Positions 9,953-18,994 of a DNA stretch of 64,000 nt are shown piece by piece. The notes beneath the pieces are model-generated. The model saw only the letters and a program-made list of their open reading frames with translations, did no database searches and was not told the origin of the DNA. The stretch comes from an uncultured Mycoplasma sp. (GTDB lineage: Bacteria > Bacillota_I > Bacilli_A > RF39 > UBA660), in the NCBI GenBank assembly GCA_947646115.1, contig CANSFH010000001.1, positions 15,587 to 79,586 on the forward strand, given 5' to 3'. The translations under genes and the position numbers were made by a program. The number at the start of each line of letters is the position of its first letter. The stretch's first letter is position 1.

Positions 9953-11017
9953 TTAGAAAAACTCTTTAATTTCATTTAAAAAATACTCTTTTTTTAAATC
10001 TGAATTTAAGCAATCCCCTTCTTTACAATTAAATTCATCTTTATTGTAAATAAAAGAATTTATCAATTCATTATTTTTGTATTCTCTAAATTCTATTAAA
10101 TCACCACTAATATAATAGTACCACTCTTCCATATTTTTATTATTTCTTATTGTTAAATTAAGTAAATCTGCTTCTTCTATATAAATAAAATTATAATTGC
10201 CTTTTTTTAAAACATAATTGTCATTTTCTTTTTTGAAAATTTTTTTAAGCTTTTCTCTATCAATTTTTTCTGCATATAAATTTGGTTCAGTACTTTTCTT
10301 ATTCATCGTACTAAAAAATTTATTATTTGCAAAATCTTTTTTTAAATTAAGCTTGATTGTGCGTATCTCATTATTGTATCTAATATCTAAATAAAAATTT
10401 TCTACTATATTTTTTAAATTGTAATAGCTAAAATAAGTATTGTATCCATAATAATCATATAACATAATATTTAAGCTATCTGTTTCACATATAAGATTAT
10501 CTTTACCCTCTTTATCTTTATAATAAAGACGTAAATTTATTATTTTTTCATTTGTTTTTATGTCGCCTAATCTAAAATAAATCTTTTCTTTTGTAGAAAT
10601 AAATATGCCATTAGTTATTGTTACATTGTCATCAGAATAATTTATAGTGAATACTTTTATAGAATTAAAGGTATTTATAAAGTAATATCCCAAAAACACA
10701 AATAAAAGAACTATTATCAAAATCAAAGATATATGTAATAATTTTTGTTTATTATTTCTATCTTCATACAAATCTAATATAAATGAAGTCTTATCCTTTT
10801 TGTTTTTTAATCTTCCACCTAAAAGTAACTCTTCGATTGATACTCCAAATATTGTAGACAAAATTTCTAGACAAGATTTATTGGGTTTATTTTTTCCTCT
10901 TTCCCATTTACTTACCGCTTCTCGACCAATTGGTATTAATTTAGCTAATTCTTCTTGAGTCATACCTTTTTCATTTCTTAATTCTTTTATAAATTTGCCT
11001 ATTTTTTCTATATCCAT
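9953..11017 (-). CDS. membrane-anchored XRE-family transcriptional regulator with large extracytoplasmic domain
   Basis: 354 aa. N-terminal Cro/C1 HTH (IKELRNEKGMTQEELAKLIPIGREAVSKWERGKNKP), a single TM segment (LLHISLILIIVLLFVFLGYYFI), then about 240 aa of unknown domain. Confidence 0.7.
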   Translation of the reverse strand: MDIEKIGKFIKELRNEKGMTQEELAKLIPIGREAVSKWERGKNKPNKSCLEILSTIFGVSIEELLLGGRLKNKKDKTSFILDLYEDRNNKQKLLHISLILIIVLLFVFLGYYFINTFNSIKVFTINYSDDNVTITNGIFISTKEKIYFRLGDIKTNEKIINLRLYYKDKEGKDNLICETDSLNIMLYDYYGYNTYFSYYNLKNIVENFYLDIRYNNEIRTIKLNLKKDFANNKFFSTMNKKSTEPNLYAEKIDREKLKKIFKKENDNYVLKKGNYNFIYIEEADLLNLTIRNNKNMEEWYYYISGDLIEFREYKNNELINSFIYNKDEFNCKEGDCLNSDLKKEYFLNEIKEFF

Positions 11018-11089
11018 ATTAACACCTTAAATCTAGTGATAGTCTAACATATAAGGTATTATTTTTCAATAAAAACTAATTAAACTAAA

Positions 11090-11113
11090 TTAAAAAAAGA
11101 GCTTAAAGCTCTT
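11090..11113 (-). terminator. rho-independent terminator after khpA
   Basis: AAGAGC/GCTCTT stem with a 5-nt loop and a U-run on the minus strand. Overlaps the stop codon. Confidence 0.55.
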
Positions 11114-11357
11114 AAAATGAATCAATATTGATTTTTATTTTTTTAATATTATTTAAGTAAGCATGAGCTTGAATAATTGTTCTTAAAGCTTTGGCATTTT
11201 TGCCTCCGCGGCCAATAACTGCTCCCATGTCTTCATTAGCAACTAAAATTTCAACTATTGTTACATCTTCATCGCCAACAAAGCTACTTACTTTAATCAT
11301 ATCGGGATTTTTAACAATATTTTTAATTACGTATGTTGTAAAATCAGCAATATTCAT
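11112..11357 (-). CDS. khpA: KH-domain RNA-binding protein (YlqC/KhpA)
   Basis: 81 aa with the KH core MGAVIGRGGKNAKALRTI. The position directly after rpsP is conserved in Bacillota. Confidence 0.75.
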   Translation of the reverse strand: MNIADFTTYVIKNIVKNPDMIKVSSFVGDEDVTIVEILVANEDMGAVIGRGGKNAKALRTIIQAHAYLNNIKKIKINIDSF

Positions 11358-11359
11358 AA

Positions 11360-11635
11360 TTATTTACCTGCTTTTTTTGATTCAGCATACTTTGCCATAA
11401 TACCGTCTTTTCTAAAGATTGCTCTTACTGTTTCAGTTGGTTCAGCACCATTTTTTAACCATTTTAGGGCTAATTCTTCATTTATAGCAACTTCTGCTGG
11501 ACTCTTTACAGGATTATAAGTTCCTACAACTTCAATAAAACGTCCATCTCTTGGACTTCTTGAATCAGCGGCTACGATACGATAGAATGGTTTTTGTTTA
11601 GCTCCCATTCTTTTTAATCTTAATTTAACTGCCAT
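11360..11635 (-). CDS. rpsP: 30S ribosomal protein S16
   Basis: 91 aa starting [35 protein letters not shown]. Confidence 0.92.
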   Translation of the reverse strand: MAVKLRLKRMGAKQKPFYRIVAADSRSPRDGRFIEVVGTYNPVKSPAEVAINEELALKWLKNGAEPTETVRAIFRKDGIMAKYAESKKAGK

Positions 11636-11659
11636 ATTGTTTCCTCCTTTGTTACTACC

Positions 11660-11688
11660 ATTTTATCAAATAACAATTGCTCTGTCAA
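11660..11688 (-). promoter_or_regulatory. sigma-A type promoter of rpsP
   Basis: Minus strand: TTGACA (11683-11688), 17-nt spacer, TAAAAT (11660-11665). Confidence 0.6.
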
Positions 11689-11702
11689 CTTTTTTTGGTT
11701 GA

Positions 11703-12233
11703 CTATTCTAAATAATTGTCATTAACACTATTTATTTCAGAATTAACTGTATCATCATCTAAATCTTCAATTACTTCATAATCGTCAGGATCTTCTTCAA
11801 CACTTACTTTAATCATTGTGTTGCCCACGACTTCAACACCAAGCTCCTTTTCAATAGATAAATTTACGGCTCCATTATCAATATAAACTTCCGTAACTGT
11901 AGGTTGGTTTAGACTTCTAACTATTATTTCAGATGAATCATTTAAGCTAGATCCATCTTTAAGACGGATGTTCATTTTGTCTGTGTAATTAAATCTTTTG
12001 GTAGCAACACTTGTTTTAGTATCATTATTATAAGAATACCAAACATTAACATCAAAAGATCCTTCAATGTTTATTGCTCCATTATTATTTTTGCCTTGAA
12101 AAGCATGATTAATTACCCAACATCCTAAAATTGTATCCGGATTTTCTTCAGGACGTACAACAAATTTAGATATACTATTTTTTTTAGCTTTGCCAACAAC
12201 CGCCTTTGTAACTATCTCTTTATAACTTGCCAC
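11703..12233 (-). CDS. cotE: CotE-like protein (Bacillus outer spore coat morphogenetic protein E family)
   Basis: 176 aa with a GTG start after an AGGAGG RBS. YKEIVTKAVVGKAKK, ILGCWVINH, DVNVWYSYNNDTKT and the acidic C-terminal tail match B. subtilis CotE as I remember it (YREIITKAVVAKGRK, ILGGWIINH, DINVWYSY). Confidence 0.7.
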   Translation of the reverse strand: MASYKEIVTKAVVGKAKKNSISKFVVRPEENPDTILGCWVINHAFQGKNNNGAINIEGSFDVNVWYSYNNDTKTSVATKRFNYTDKMNIRLKDGSSLNDSSEIIVRSLNQPTVTEVYIDNGAVNLSIEKELGVEVVGNTMIKVSVEEDPDDYEVIEDLDDDTVNSEINSVNDNYLE

Positions 12234-12324
12234 TTTTATTCCTCCTCTATTTTAATCTATGCAAAGGTATGATAAAAGTACACTTTTTTTGATTTTTTTG
12301 TTATAATTAAACAGGTGATGAAAA

Positions 12325-12699
12325 ATGGATTGTATATTTTGCAAAATTAAAAACAAGGAACTTCCTAGTAATATTTTATATGAAGATGATTTAGTTATGG
12401 TGATAATGGATGTTAATCCAACTGTAGATGGACACTCCCTTATAATACCTAAAAAACATTATACGGATTATTTAGAGTTAGATAATGAAACTTTATGTCA
12501 TATATTTGATGTAGCAAGAGAAATTGCTCCGAAAATTATGGAAAAGTTAGAGGCTAAATCTACAACATTATTAGTTAATTATGGAGATGATCAAAAAGTT
12601 AAGCATTTTCATCTTCATATTTTACCAGATTACTTGGATAATGTTAAAACTGGTCCGAAAAATACAACTAAAGATAATTTTCAAATTTTAAGCAAATAA
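12325..12699 (+). CDS. HIT-family nucleotide hydrolase (Hint-like)
   Basis: 124 aa with CIFCKI and the histidine triad HFHLHILP. An extended -10 element (TGtTATAAT) sits at 12299-12307. Confidence 0.85.
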   Translation: MDCIFCKIKNKELPSNILYEDDLVMVIMDVNPTVDGHSLIIPKKHYTDYLELDNETLCHIFDVAREIAPKIMEKLEAKSTTLLVNYGDDQKVKHFHLHILPDYLDNVKTGPKNTTKDNFQILSK

Positions 12700-12700
12700 A

Positions 12701-12727
12701 AATCGACTTTAACATCGATTTTTTTTA
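12701..12727 (+). terminator. terminator after the HIT gene (A-run/T-run flanked, possibly bidirectional)
   Basis: AATCGA/TCGATT stem with an 8-nt loop, followed by T8. Confidence 0.6.
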
Positions 12728-12736
12728 TAATAGATT

Positions 12737-12892
12737 TTATTTCATTTGATTTAATTTATTATTAGCAATATCCATTGCATTATTAACTAATTTAGTAGCT
12801 TTCTTTTTTGTATCTTTACAAGTTAAAGCATAAGCCATCATACCAGCGCCAACACCAAAGGCCATTAGGCTTCCCATCATCATTTTTTTCAT
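12737..12892 (-). CDS. possible 51-aa small membrane protein
   Basis: Below the ORF-track length cutoff. Own translation: MKKMMMGSLMAFGVGAGMMAYALTCKDTKKKATKLVNNAMDIANNKLNQMK. An RBS-like GAGGTGGA lies upstream. Confidence 0.35.
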   Translation of the reverse strand: MKKMMMGSLMAFGVGAGMMAYALTCKDTKKKATKLVNNAMDIANNKLNQMK

Positions 12893-12917
12893 ATTATCCA
12901 CCTCATTAGTATTATGG

Positions 12918-15116
12918 TCATTTTTGATAAAATTTATACATTAATTTATCTTTAAGAGTGGTTTTTCTAAAGCTAGCATAATCATTATGAATAGCCATCA
13001 TAAAAGCATTAGCTTCTCCTATTATAATTAAACTTTTTTTAGCTCGAGATACTCCGGTATAGATAAGTTTATTATATAACATTTTATAATAATTTCTAGA
13101 AATTGGAAGAATAACATGAGAAAATTCGCTTCCTTGACTTTTATGAATAGTTATGGCATAAGCGTGTTTAACTTGAAACATATCTTCTTTAGTATATTCA
13201 ACTTTATTGCCTTCAAAATCAATAATTATGGTATCTTTTTTACCGCCTAATTTATTTATTTTACAAATATAACCAATGTCACCATTAAAAACGTTACAAT
13301 CAGGATTGTTTTGAAGTTGCAATACTTTATCATTTTCTCGAAAAGTTATCTCTCCTATTCGAATTTCTTCTTTTTTATCAGTGGGAGGATTAAATAATGC
13401 TTGTAGGGAGATATTTAGGTTATCAATACCATTTTCGCCTTTATACATAGGAGCCAAGATTTGGATGTCATTTTCATTTAAACCTTTTTCTTTACTCATA
13501 TAACATATTTTTTTTATCATATCTTTAATATATTTATTATCAGTTTCTAAAAAATTATAATCGTCTTTTTGACTGACAAAATCTTCAGATAATTCTTTAT
13601 TTTTGATTTCTAAGGCTAAATATGGAATGTAGGAATTTTCACTTTGGCGATAAATACGTTCCAGAGGACAGAAAGTAAAAAGATCGCTTTCAATTAGATC
13701 ATTCAGGATAAGACCTGCTCCAACGGATGGAAGTTGGAAAACGTCACCAACCATAATTAATTGAACATTACTTCTTATACCTTTTAAAAGAGCATTAAAA
13801 AGGTTTATATCAATCATACTCATTTCATCAACGATAATAAGATTCTCGTTAGTTTTATGAAATTCATTTACGCCAAAATTATTAGTGTCTTTGTTCCATT
13901 TTAAATAACGGTGAATAGTCATAGCAGGAAGACCTGTAGATAAACTCATTTTTTTGCTAGCACGACCTGTTGGAGCTAAAAGTGCTATATTAGCAATAGT
14001 TTCCATAGGCGAATAATTATGCATTTTAATATACATTTTTACGATAGCATTTATAATAGTAGTTTTTCCAGTTCCAGGTCCACCAGAAATAATTGTTACC
14101 TTGTTTTCTAAAGCTTTTTTTATAGCTTGCTTTTGATCTTCATTATAATTAACGCCGATTTCTTTTTCTAATTCATTTATTTCATTATCAAAATCATATA
14201 TTGGGGTTTTATTTAAAACATTTATATCATATAGATTTTCTGCTATTTCTTGTTCGGCTTCATAATTTTCTGTCAAATAATATAATTCTTGCTCAATCAC
14301 GATTTTGTTATTTTCTTCTAAACTATAGGTTATTTCAGCAAAAGTTATATCATCCATTATCAAATCGAATTCTTTTTTAAGAGCATCTTTTATTTCAGAT
14401 TCATAATGATAGGTATCGCCATTGTTAAAACTTAATCTTTTCATACTCTCAACTATACAAGCTTTAAGACGCACTTCGGAATATTCATCATGTGTATTTT
14501 TAAAAATGGAATCTACTTTGTTAAAGTCTAACAATTCTGTTAATACATATAAATCTGATTCAATTATATATTTAGTGGAAGCTTGGTACTTTTTATATAT
14601 TTTGGTAGCTTCATTAATTGAAAAACCTAATTCCTTAAGTTTTATTAAAGAATCGTCTGCATCAGAATAAGCTAATAGTGAATCTTGAATACTTTTAATT
14701 TTATCTTCTTTTAATCCAGGGATATCTTTTAAGACATTTCTATCTTCCTTAATTTTTTTTATAGCATCTATACCTAATTTTTCTACAATCTTAACAGCTG
14801 TTTTTTCCCCACATCCTTTGACAAGTGAACTGGATAAAAAAGCAATAACTGCATCTTCACTAGTTAATTCTTCTTTTTTATAACTATCAACCTTATATTG
14901 AAAGCCAAATCTTTCGTGTTTTAAAGGGCCACCATATAAAATAAAGTTTTCTTCAGTATTAATGTCTAGAAAAGTTCCGGTTATAGTTACAGTTTTATTG
15001 GCATATTCTGTCATTTTTACATCGTTTGTTTCTTTAACACGAAAAACAGCTACTACATAGCCGTTATCTTGGTTTTGATATATAATATTTCGTATTTTTC
15101 CTTTGATGTAATTCAT
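12918..15116 (-). CDS. recD2: RecD2-type SF1B ATP-dependent DNA helicase
   Basis: 732 aa with Walker A SGGPGTGKTT, IVDEMSM, the VGDVFQLPSVG motif and C-terminal TIHKSQGSEF. The stop codon is TGA. Confidence 0.88.
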   Translation of the reverse strand: MNYIKGKIRNIIYQNQDNGYVVAVFRVKETNDVKMTEYANKTVTITGTFLDINTEENFILYGGPLKHERFGFQYKVDSYKKEELTSEDAVIAFLSSSLVKGCGEKTAVKIVEKLGIDAIKKIKEDRNVLKDIPGLKEDKIKSIQDSLLAYSDADDSLIKLKELGFSINEATKIYKKYQASTKYIIESDLYVLTELLDFNKVDSIFKNTHDEYSEVRLKACIVESMKRLSFNNGDTYHYESEIKDALKKEFDLIMDDITFAEITYSLEENNKIVIEQELYYLTENYEAEQEIAENLYDINVLNKTPIYDFDNEINELEKEIGVNYNEDQKQAIKKALENKVTIISGGPGTGKTTIINAIVKMYIKMHNYSPMETIANIALLAPTGRASKKMSLSTGLPAMTIHRYLKWNKDTNNFGVNEFHKTNENLIIVDEMSMIDINLFNALLKGIRSNVQLIMVGDVFQLPSVGAGLILNDLIESDLFTFCPLERIYRQSENSYIPYLALEIKNKELSEDFVSQKDDYNFLETDNKYIKDMIKKICYMSKEKGLNENDIQILAPMYKGENGIDNLNISLQALFNPPTDKKEEIRIGEITFRENDKVLQLQNNPDCNVFNGDIGYICKINKLGGKKDTIIIDFEGNKVEYTKEDMFQVKHAYAITIHKSQGSEFSHVILPISRNYYKMLYNKLIYTGVSRAKKSLIIIGEANAFMMAIHNDYASFRKTTLKDKLMYKFYQK

Positions 15117-15125
15117 TTTTACTCC

Positions 15126-15734
15126 TTAACGACCTTTTCGTTGCATGTCTTTTCTAGCGCTCTCAAAATCTACTATTTTACCATACTGACTACGGGTTCT
15201 GCTAAATAATTCTGCTAATTCTGCTGCTCTTTGGCTATTTTCGTAAGCTTCCGCAGCTTCTTCACTTACGAATGCAAAGTCAAAACCTAAAGAACTTTCT
15301 TTACCACCATACATTTTACCTGTTTCCATATCAAGTAGCCAAAGTTTGCCATCTTCGTCAACACAACTAGTTTGATCTTTTCCTAAATAATATTTGTAAC
15401 CATCTATAGTAAAATATAATCTGCCATCTATGTATGGCATAACGGGAATACTAATATTAGGTGTACCTGTCCTTAAGGCATTTATTTTCTTAAAAGCTCT
15501 ATTTATAGCAGTTGTTATTCCTCCTACTAAATTAAAATTTCTAGGAGTTTTACCTTTTAATAATTCATTATATTTTCTTAAAGTTGCTGATTCTTTAATT
15601 AATAAAATGTCATCTCTACCAGGAATTTCAACTCTTTTGACATCGTAAGTGCACTCTTCAAAAGAACCTTTTCCTGTAACTTGGAAGGTTTGATGTGAAC
15701 CGTTTTCTTTGCTCCAATCATATAATTCTGCCAT
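15126..15734 (-). CDS. hypothetical protein (202 aa), packed between mtaB and recD2
   Basis: Clean ORF with 9-nt and 18-nt intergenic gaps to its neighbours. No family recognised. Confidence 0.5.
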   Translation of the reverse strand: MAELYDWSKENGSHQTFQVTGKGSFEECTYDVKRVEIPGRDDILLIKESATLRKYNELLKGKTPRNFNLVGGITTAINRAFKKINALRTGTPNISIPVMPYIDGRLYFTIDGYKYYLGKDQTSCVDEDGKLWLLDMETGKMYGGKESSLGFDFAFVSEEAAEAYENSQRAAELAELFSRTRSQYGKIVDFESARKDMQRKGR

Positions 15735-15752
15735 AATATCACCTTAATTTCA

Positions 15753-17045
15753 TTATAAACTTATTTTTTCTTTTTCACAAGAGATTATCTCACCAAATGC
15801 TATATTATCTTTTATATCTATTATTTTACAGTGATATTCAGTATTTAGACAATAATCGCCTTCTATTAAAACTTTTAAATAGTTTGAAGTGTGGCCTATG
15901 ATATAGCCATTAATATACTCTTCAGTTAAAACTTCAACTATTGTTCCTTTAAATTTATTTATGTATGCACTTTCTAAAGAATTAGATAACTCTAATAGTT
16001 TTTTGGTGCGTACTTTTTTAGTTTTTTCATCTACTTGTGGCATTTTGCTCGCAGCAGTTCCACTTCTTAATGAATAAGGGAATACATGAATTTTACTAAA
16101 ATTAATTTCTTGACAAAATTTTATATATTCTTTAAAATCTTCTTCGGTTTCGTAAGGATGCCCTACTATAGCATCTGTTGTGATTGAAATATCAGGTCTT
16201 ATAGCTCTAATATCTTTTATTTTAGTTCGAAAATATTCTTTATCATATTTTCTATTCATTTTTTTTAAAATATTATCACTACCGCTTTGTAAAGGAATAT
16301 GTAGATGGTTGCATATTTTAGGATTTTTTTGCAATACTTCTAAAAATTTAGAATCTAACTCCGTAATTTCGATACTCGATATACGAATGCGTTCTAAAGC
16401 TGGTATTTTACATAATGCTACTAATAAATCACTTAATTCTAAACCATTACTATTATAAGAACCAGTATGGATTCCAGTTAAAACTATCTCTTTATGACCG
16501 TTATTGACAAGTGTCTCTGCTTCTTTAATCACGTTATTAAAATCTTTACTTCTAATATTTCCTCTGGTATAAGGAATAATGCAGTAAGAGCAAAAATTGT
16601 TACATCCATCTTGAATCTTAATAAATGCTCTGGTATGAGTGGTAAATTTCTCAACAGTCATATTTTCGAATTCTAAATTGCGATCATTAGTAAAATAAGT
16701 ATATTGTTTTTTATTTTTTAAATATTCTTCAATTATATTTACAATTTTACTTTTATTTTTATTTCCTAATAAAATGTCAATATCTAAATCTTTATATAGT
16801 TCTTGATTGTTTTGAGAGCTACAACCACATACAACAATAATGGCTTGCGCATTTTCCCTACGAGCTCGTCTAATAAGCTTTTTTGATTTCACATCAGCCA
16901 TATTTGTAACACTACAGGTGTTTATAATAATTATATCTGGATTTTCTTCACTAAAAACATAACCAGAGCGTTTTAGAGACTCTAGCATATATTCGCTTTC
17001 ATAAGTGTTTACTTTACAACCTAAAGTAATAATATTAAATTTCAA
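15753..17045 (-). CDS. mtaB: radical-SAM methylthiotransferase, MtaB-like (tRNA ms2t6A)
   Basis: 430 aa with a TTG start after a GGGGGGA RBS. N-terminal TLGCKVNTYESE, radical-SAM CNNFCSYCIIP and a C-terminal TRAM-like region. Confidence 0.8.
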   Translation of the reverse strand: MKFNIITLGCKVNTYESEYMLESLKRSGYVFSEENPDIIIINTCSVTNMADVKSKKLIRRARRENAQAIIVVCGCSSQNNQELYKDLDIDILLGNKNKSKIVNIIEEYLKNKKQYTYFTNDRNLEFENMTVEKFTTHTRAFIKIQDGCNNFCSYCIIPYTRGNIRSKDFNNVIKEAETLVNNGHKEIVLTGIHTGSYNSNGLELSDLLVALCKIPALERIRISSIEITELDSKFLEVLQKNPKICNHLHIPLQSGSDNILKKMNRKYDKEYFRTKIKDIRAIRPDISITTDAIVGHPYETEEDFKEYIKFCQEINFSKIHVFPYSLRSGTAASKMPQVDEKTKKVRTKKLLELSNSLESAYINKFKGTIVEVLTEEYINGYIIGHTSNYLKVLIEGDYCLNTEYHCKIIDIKDNIAFGEIISCEKEKISL

Positions 17046-17064
17046 TTAAATCCCCCCGTTTTGT

Positions 17065-17577
17065 TTAATTTAATTTTTGTTGTAGATTTTTTAAAGCTTC
17101 TAAAAAGGCTTCTTCTTTTTCATAAGATATAACTGTTACTTTTAGTTCGGGTTTTACAACTATATCTTTGTTAAGTAAATTATCCAGATCAACTTTTTTA
17201 ATTGTTAAATCTTCATCAATGTTTTCTTCTTCACTATAATTAAGAGCAAAATCGTGTTTATGCTTAATTAGTTCATCATAACTAATTATGGCCTTTTCTT
17301 CTTGTTCTTCTTCATAATTATTTAAATTAATAGCTGAAGGTTCAGCACTTTCTAAAGCTTCAGTTATGGCTTTTAACTCTGTAATTGGAGAATTAGAGTT
17401 TTCTACTATTGGCTCTGAAACTATTATTGGCTCCTCAATTTTATCATCACTATTTTCTTTTATGAAGTATATTAAAGTTATTACAAGCATCATTAAAGCT
17501 AGTACTGCAAAAAAGAAGACAACGTCAACAAATGATAAGGTTTCAATAAAATTAATTACATCGCTTATTGCTTGCAT
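17065..17577 (-). CDS. membrane-anchored acidic protein, unknown function
   Basis: 170 aa: N-terminal TM segment (VVFFFAVLALMMLVITLIYFI) and an acidic C-terminal part. Confidence 0.45.
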   Translation of the reverse strand: MQAISDVINFIETLSFVDVVFFFAVLALMMLVITLIYFIKENSDDKIEEPIIVSEPIVENSNSPITELKAITEALESAEPSAINLNNYEEEQEEKAIISYDELIKHKHDFALNYSEEENIDEDLTIKKVDLDNLLNKDIVVKPELKVTVISYEKEEAFLEALKNLQQKLN

Positions 17578-17667
17578 AAAATCACCATGTATTTATTGTA
17601 ACAGAAAAAGGCTTAATATTAAAGCCCTAATAAAGTATTTACATTTATTTTTCATTAACTTGACAAA

Positions 17668-18903
17668 TTATTCGGTAATAATTTCGTATGGCTCATTTTT
17701 AGTTCCTTTACCTTTAACAATAACTTTGCGATTTAAATTAATTACAGGCCGCACACCATTATAATTTGTACCAGAATTTGTATCGGTGATCTTGCCATCA
17801 GTAGTAATACTAAAAGGATAATAATTAGAAGCAGACGATTTGGCTAATGAACTAACCCACCAAGAGTCTTTAATGTCCTCAGAATATAAATAGAATTCTT
17901 TATTCGTTTCTTTAAAATTAGCTCCAGCATATACTACTTCATCCGCGGTCATCAAGCCTATTTTGCCACTATAAGCATCTCCTAGACAATTAAAACTTGG
18001 TATATTATTAGTAATAATTCTAGTATAAGGATTATATATGTATTCATTTTTAATCTCGGTTTTAATACTTTCATTACAAAATTTTGTACTAGTAATATAA
18101 TTATCATAATTTTTAAGCTTTAATTCATAGAAGGAACTTAATGATTTATTAATATCTGTTTCAGTAAAATTTTCATACTTCGTAATATCTTCGTTATATT
18201 TCGCTAAATCAGTTATAGAATTGTTTAAAATCAATTTTACACTGCCATCACCATTTATTCTTACAATGCGCCAAAGCATATCTGCTAAATTTATATAGTT
18301 ATTTTCTACAGCACCCCGAAAATAATATGTGAGACCATAATCATCAGCATCTTCAATTAGCCCTTCATTTGCAGTAGCTATTTCTCCTATTTTAGTAATA
18401 GTTTGATTGTTTATTTTATTGTTTTTTAAAATAGTTGTATTAAAATATTCTTCAGAATCTTCTATTTTTTTAATTTTTATTTTAAAGTTTGCTGTTTCTA
18501 TATTAGACACTCTTAAGGTAAAATTTTGTGTTTCTTTGGCATCTATTACAATATTGTCAGCTAAAACTGTGTTATCTGTTTCTAATTTGTGATTAATTAT
18601 ATTAATATTTGAATCTGTAGATAAAAGATCGAAAGTAATATGAGGATTATAGCTATTCATATCAGAATAAGCGATTTGAAAATATATTTTTTTACTATCA
18701 CTATTGGCTATAGAAAACTTATAATCACCATCTTGAGAAATATTGTACCCATTATCAAAGTTAATTGATAATTCATCAACTACTACTACTTCTGTATTAT
18801 TATTAGTTTCTTTATTATAGAATTTATGTGTTACTCCTAAAATTACGAAAATAGCTATTAGAAAAATAGTAAAAATAATTATCTTTTTATATTTTGGTTT
18901 CAT
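17668..18903 (-). CDS. N-terminally anchored surface protein, paralog family member 1
   Basis: The ORF extends to 18966, but the ATG at 18903 (MKPKYKKIIIFTIFLIAIFVILG) follows a GAGGGG RBS, and the upstream terminator overlaps the longer ORF. It shares YYFRGAVENNY..WRIVRINGDGSVKL, GLMTADEV and GVRPVINL...GKGTKNEPY with the 60931..62301 gene. Confidence 0.6.
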   Translation of the reverse strand: MKPKYKKIIIFTIFLIAIFVILGVTHKFYNKETNNNTEVVVVDELSINFDNGYNISQDGDYKFSIANSDSKKIYFQIAYSDMNSYNPHITFDLLSTDSNINIINHKLETDNTVLADNIVIDAKETQNFTLRVSNIETANFKIKIKKIEDSEEYFNTTILKNNKINNQTITKIGEIATANEGLIEDADDYGLTYYFRGAVENNYINLADMLWRIVRINGDGSVKLILNNSITDLAKYNEDITKYENFTETDINKSLSSFYELKLKNYDNYITSTKFCNESIKTEIKNEYIYNPYTRIITNNIPSFNCLGDAYSGKIGLMTADEVVYAGANFKETNKEFYLYSEDIKDSWWVSSLAKSSASNYYPFSITTDGKITDTNSGTNYNGVRPVINLNRKVIVKGKGTKNEPYEIITE

Positions 18904-18966
18904 GTTATCAAGCCCCTCTATTTTAGTATAAACATATTTTTTATAAATGTCAATTTTTAAAGTCAA

Positions 18967-18994
18967 GAAAAAAAGAATCTTTACTTAGACTCTT
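18967..18994 (-). terminator. rho-independent terminator after the Gre-like gene
   Basis: 8-bp stem (one G-U pair on minus-strand RNA only), 6-nt loop, U7 run. Overlaps the stop codon. Confidence 0.5.

Noticed and set aside
12250-12290. CATACCTT motif upstream of the cotE-like gene as a sigma-E/sigma-K sporulation -10 box
   Set aside because: No acceptable matching -35 element (ATA-type or AC) lies at the required spacing. An 8-mer in AT-rich DNA is weak evidence. Left as something to test, not called.
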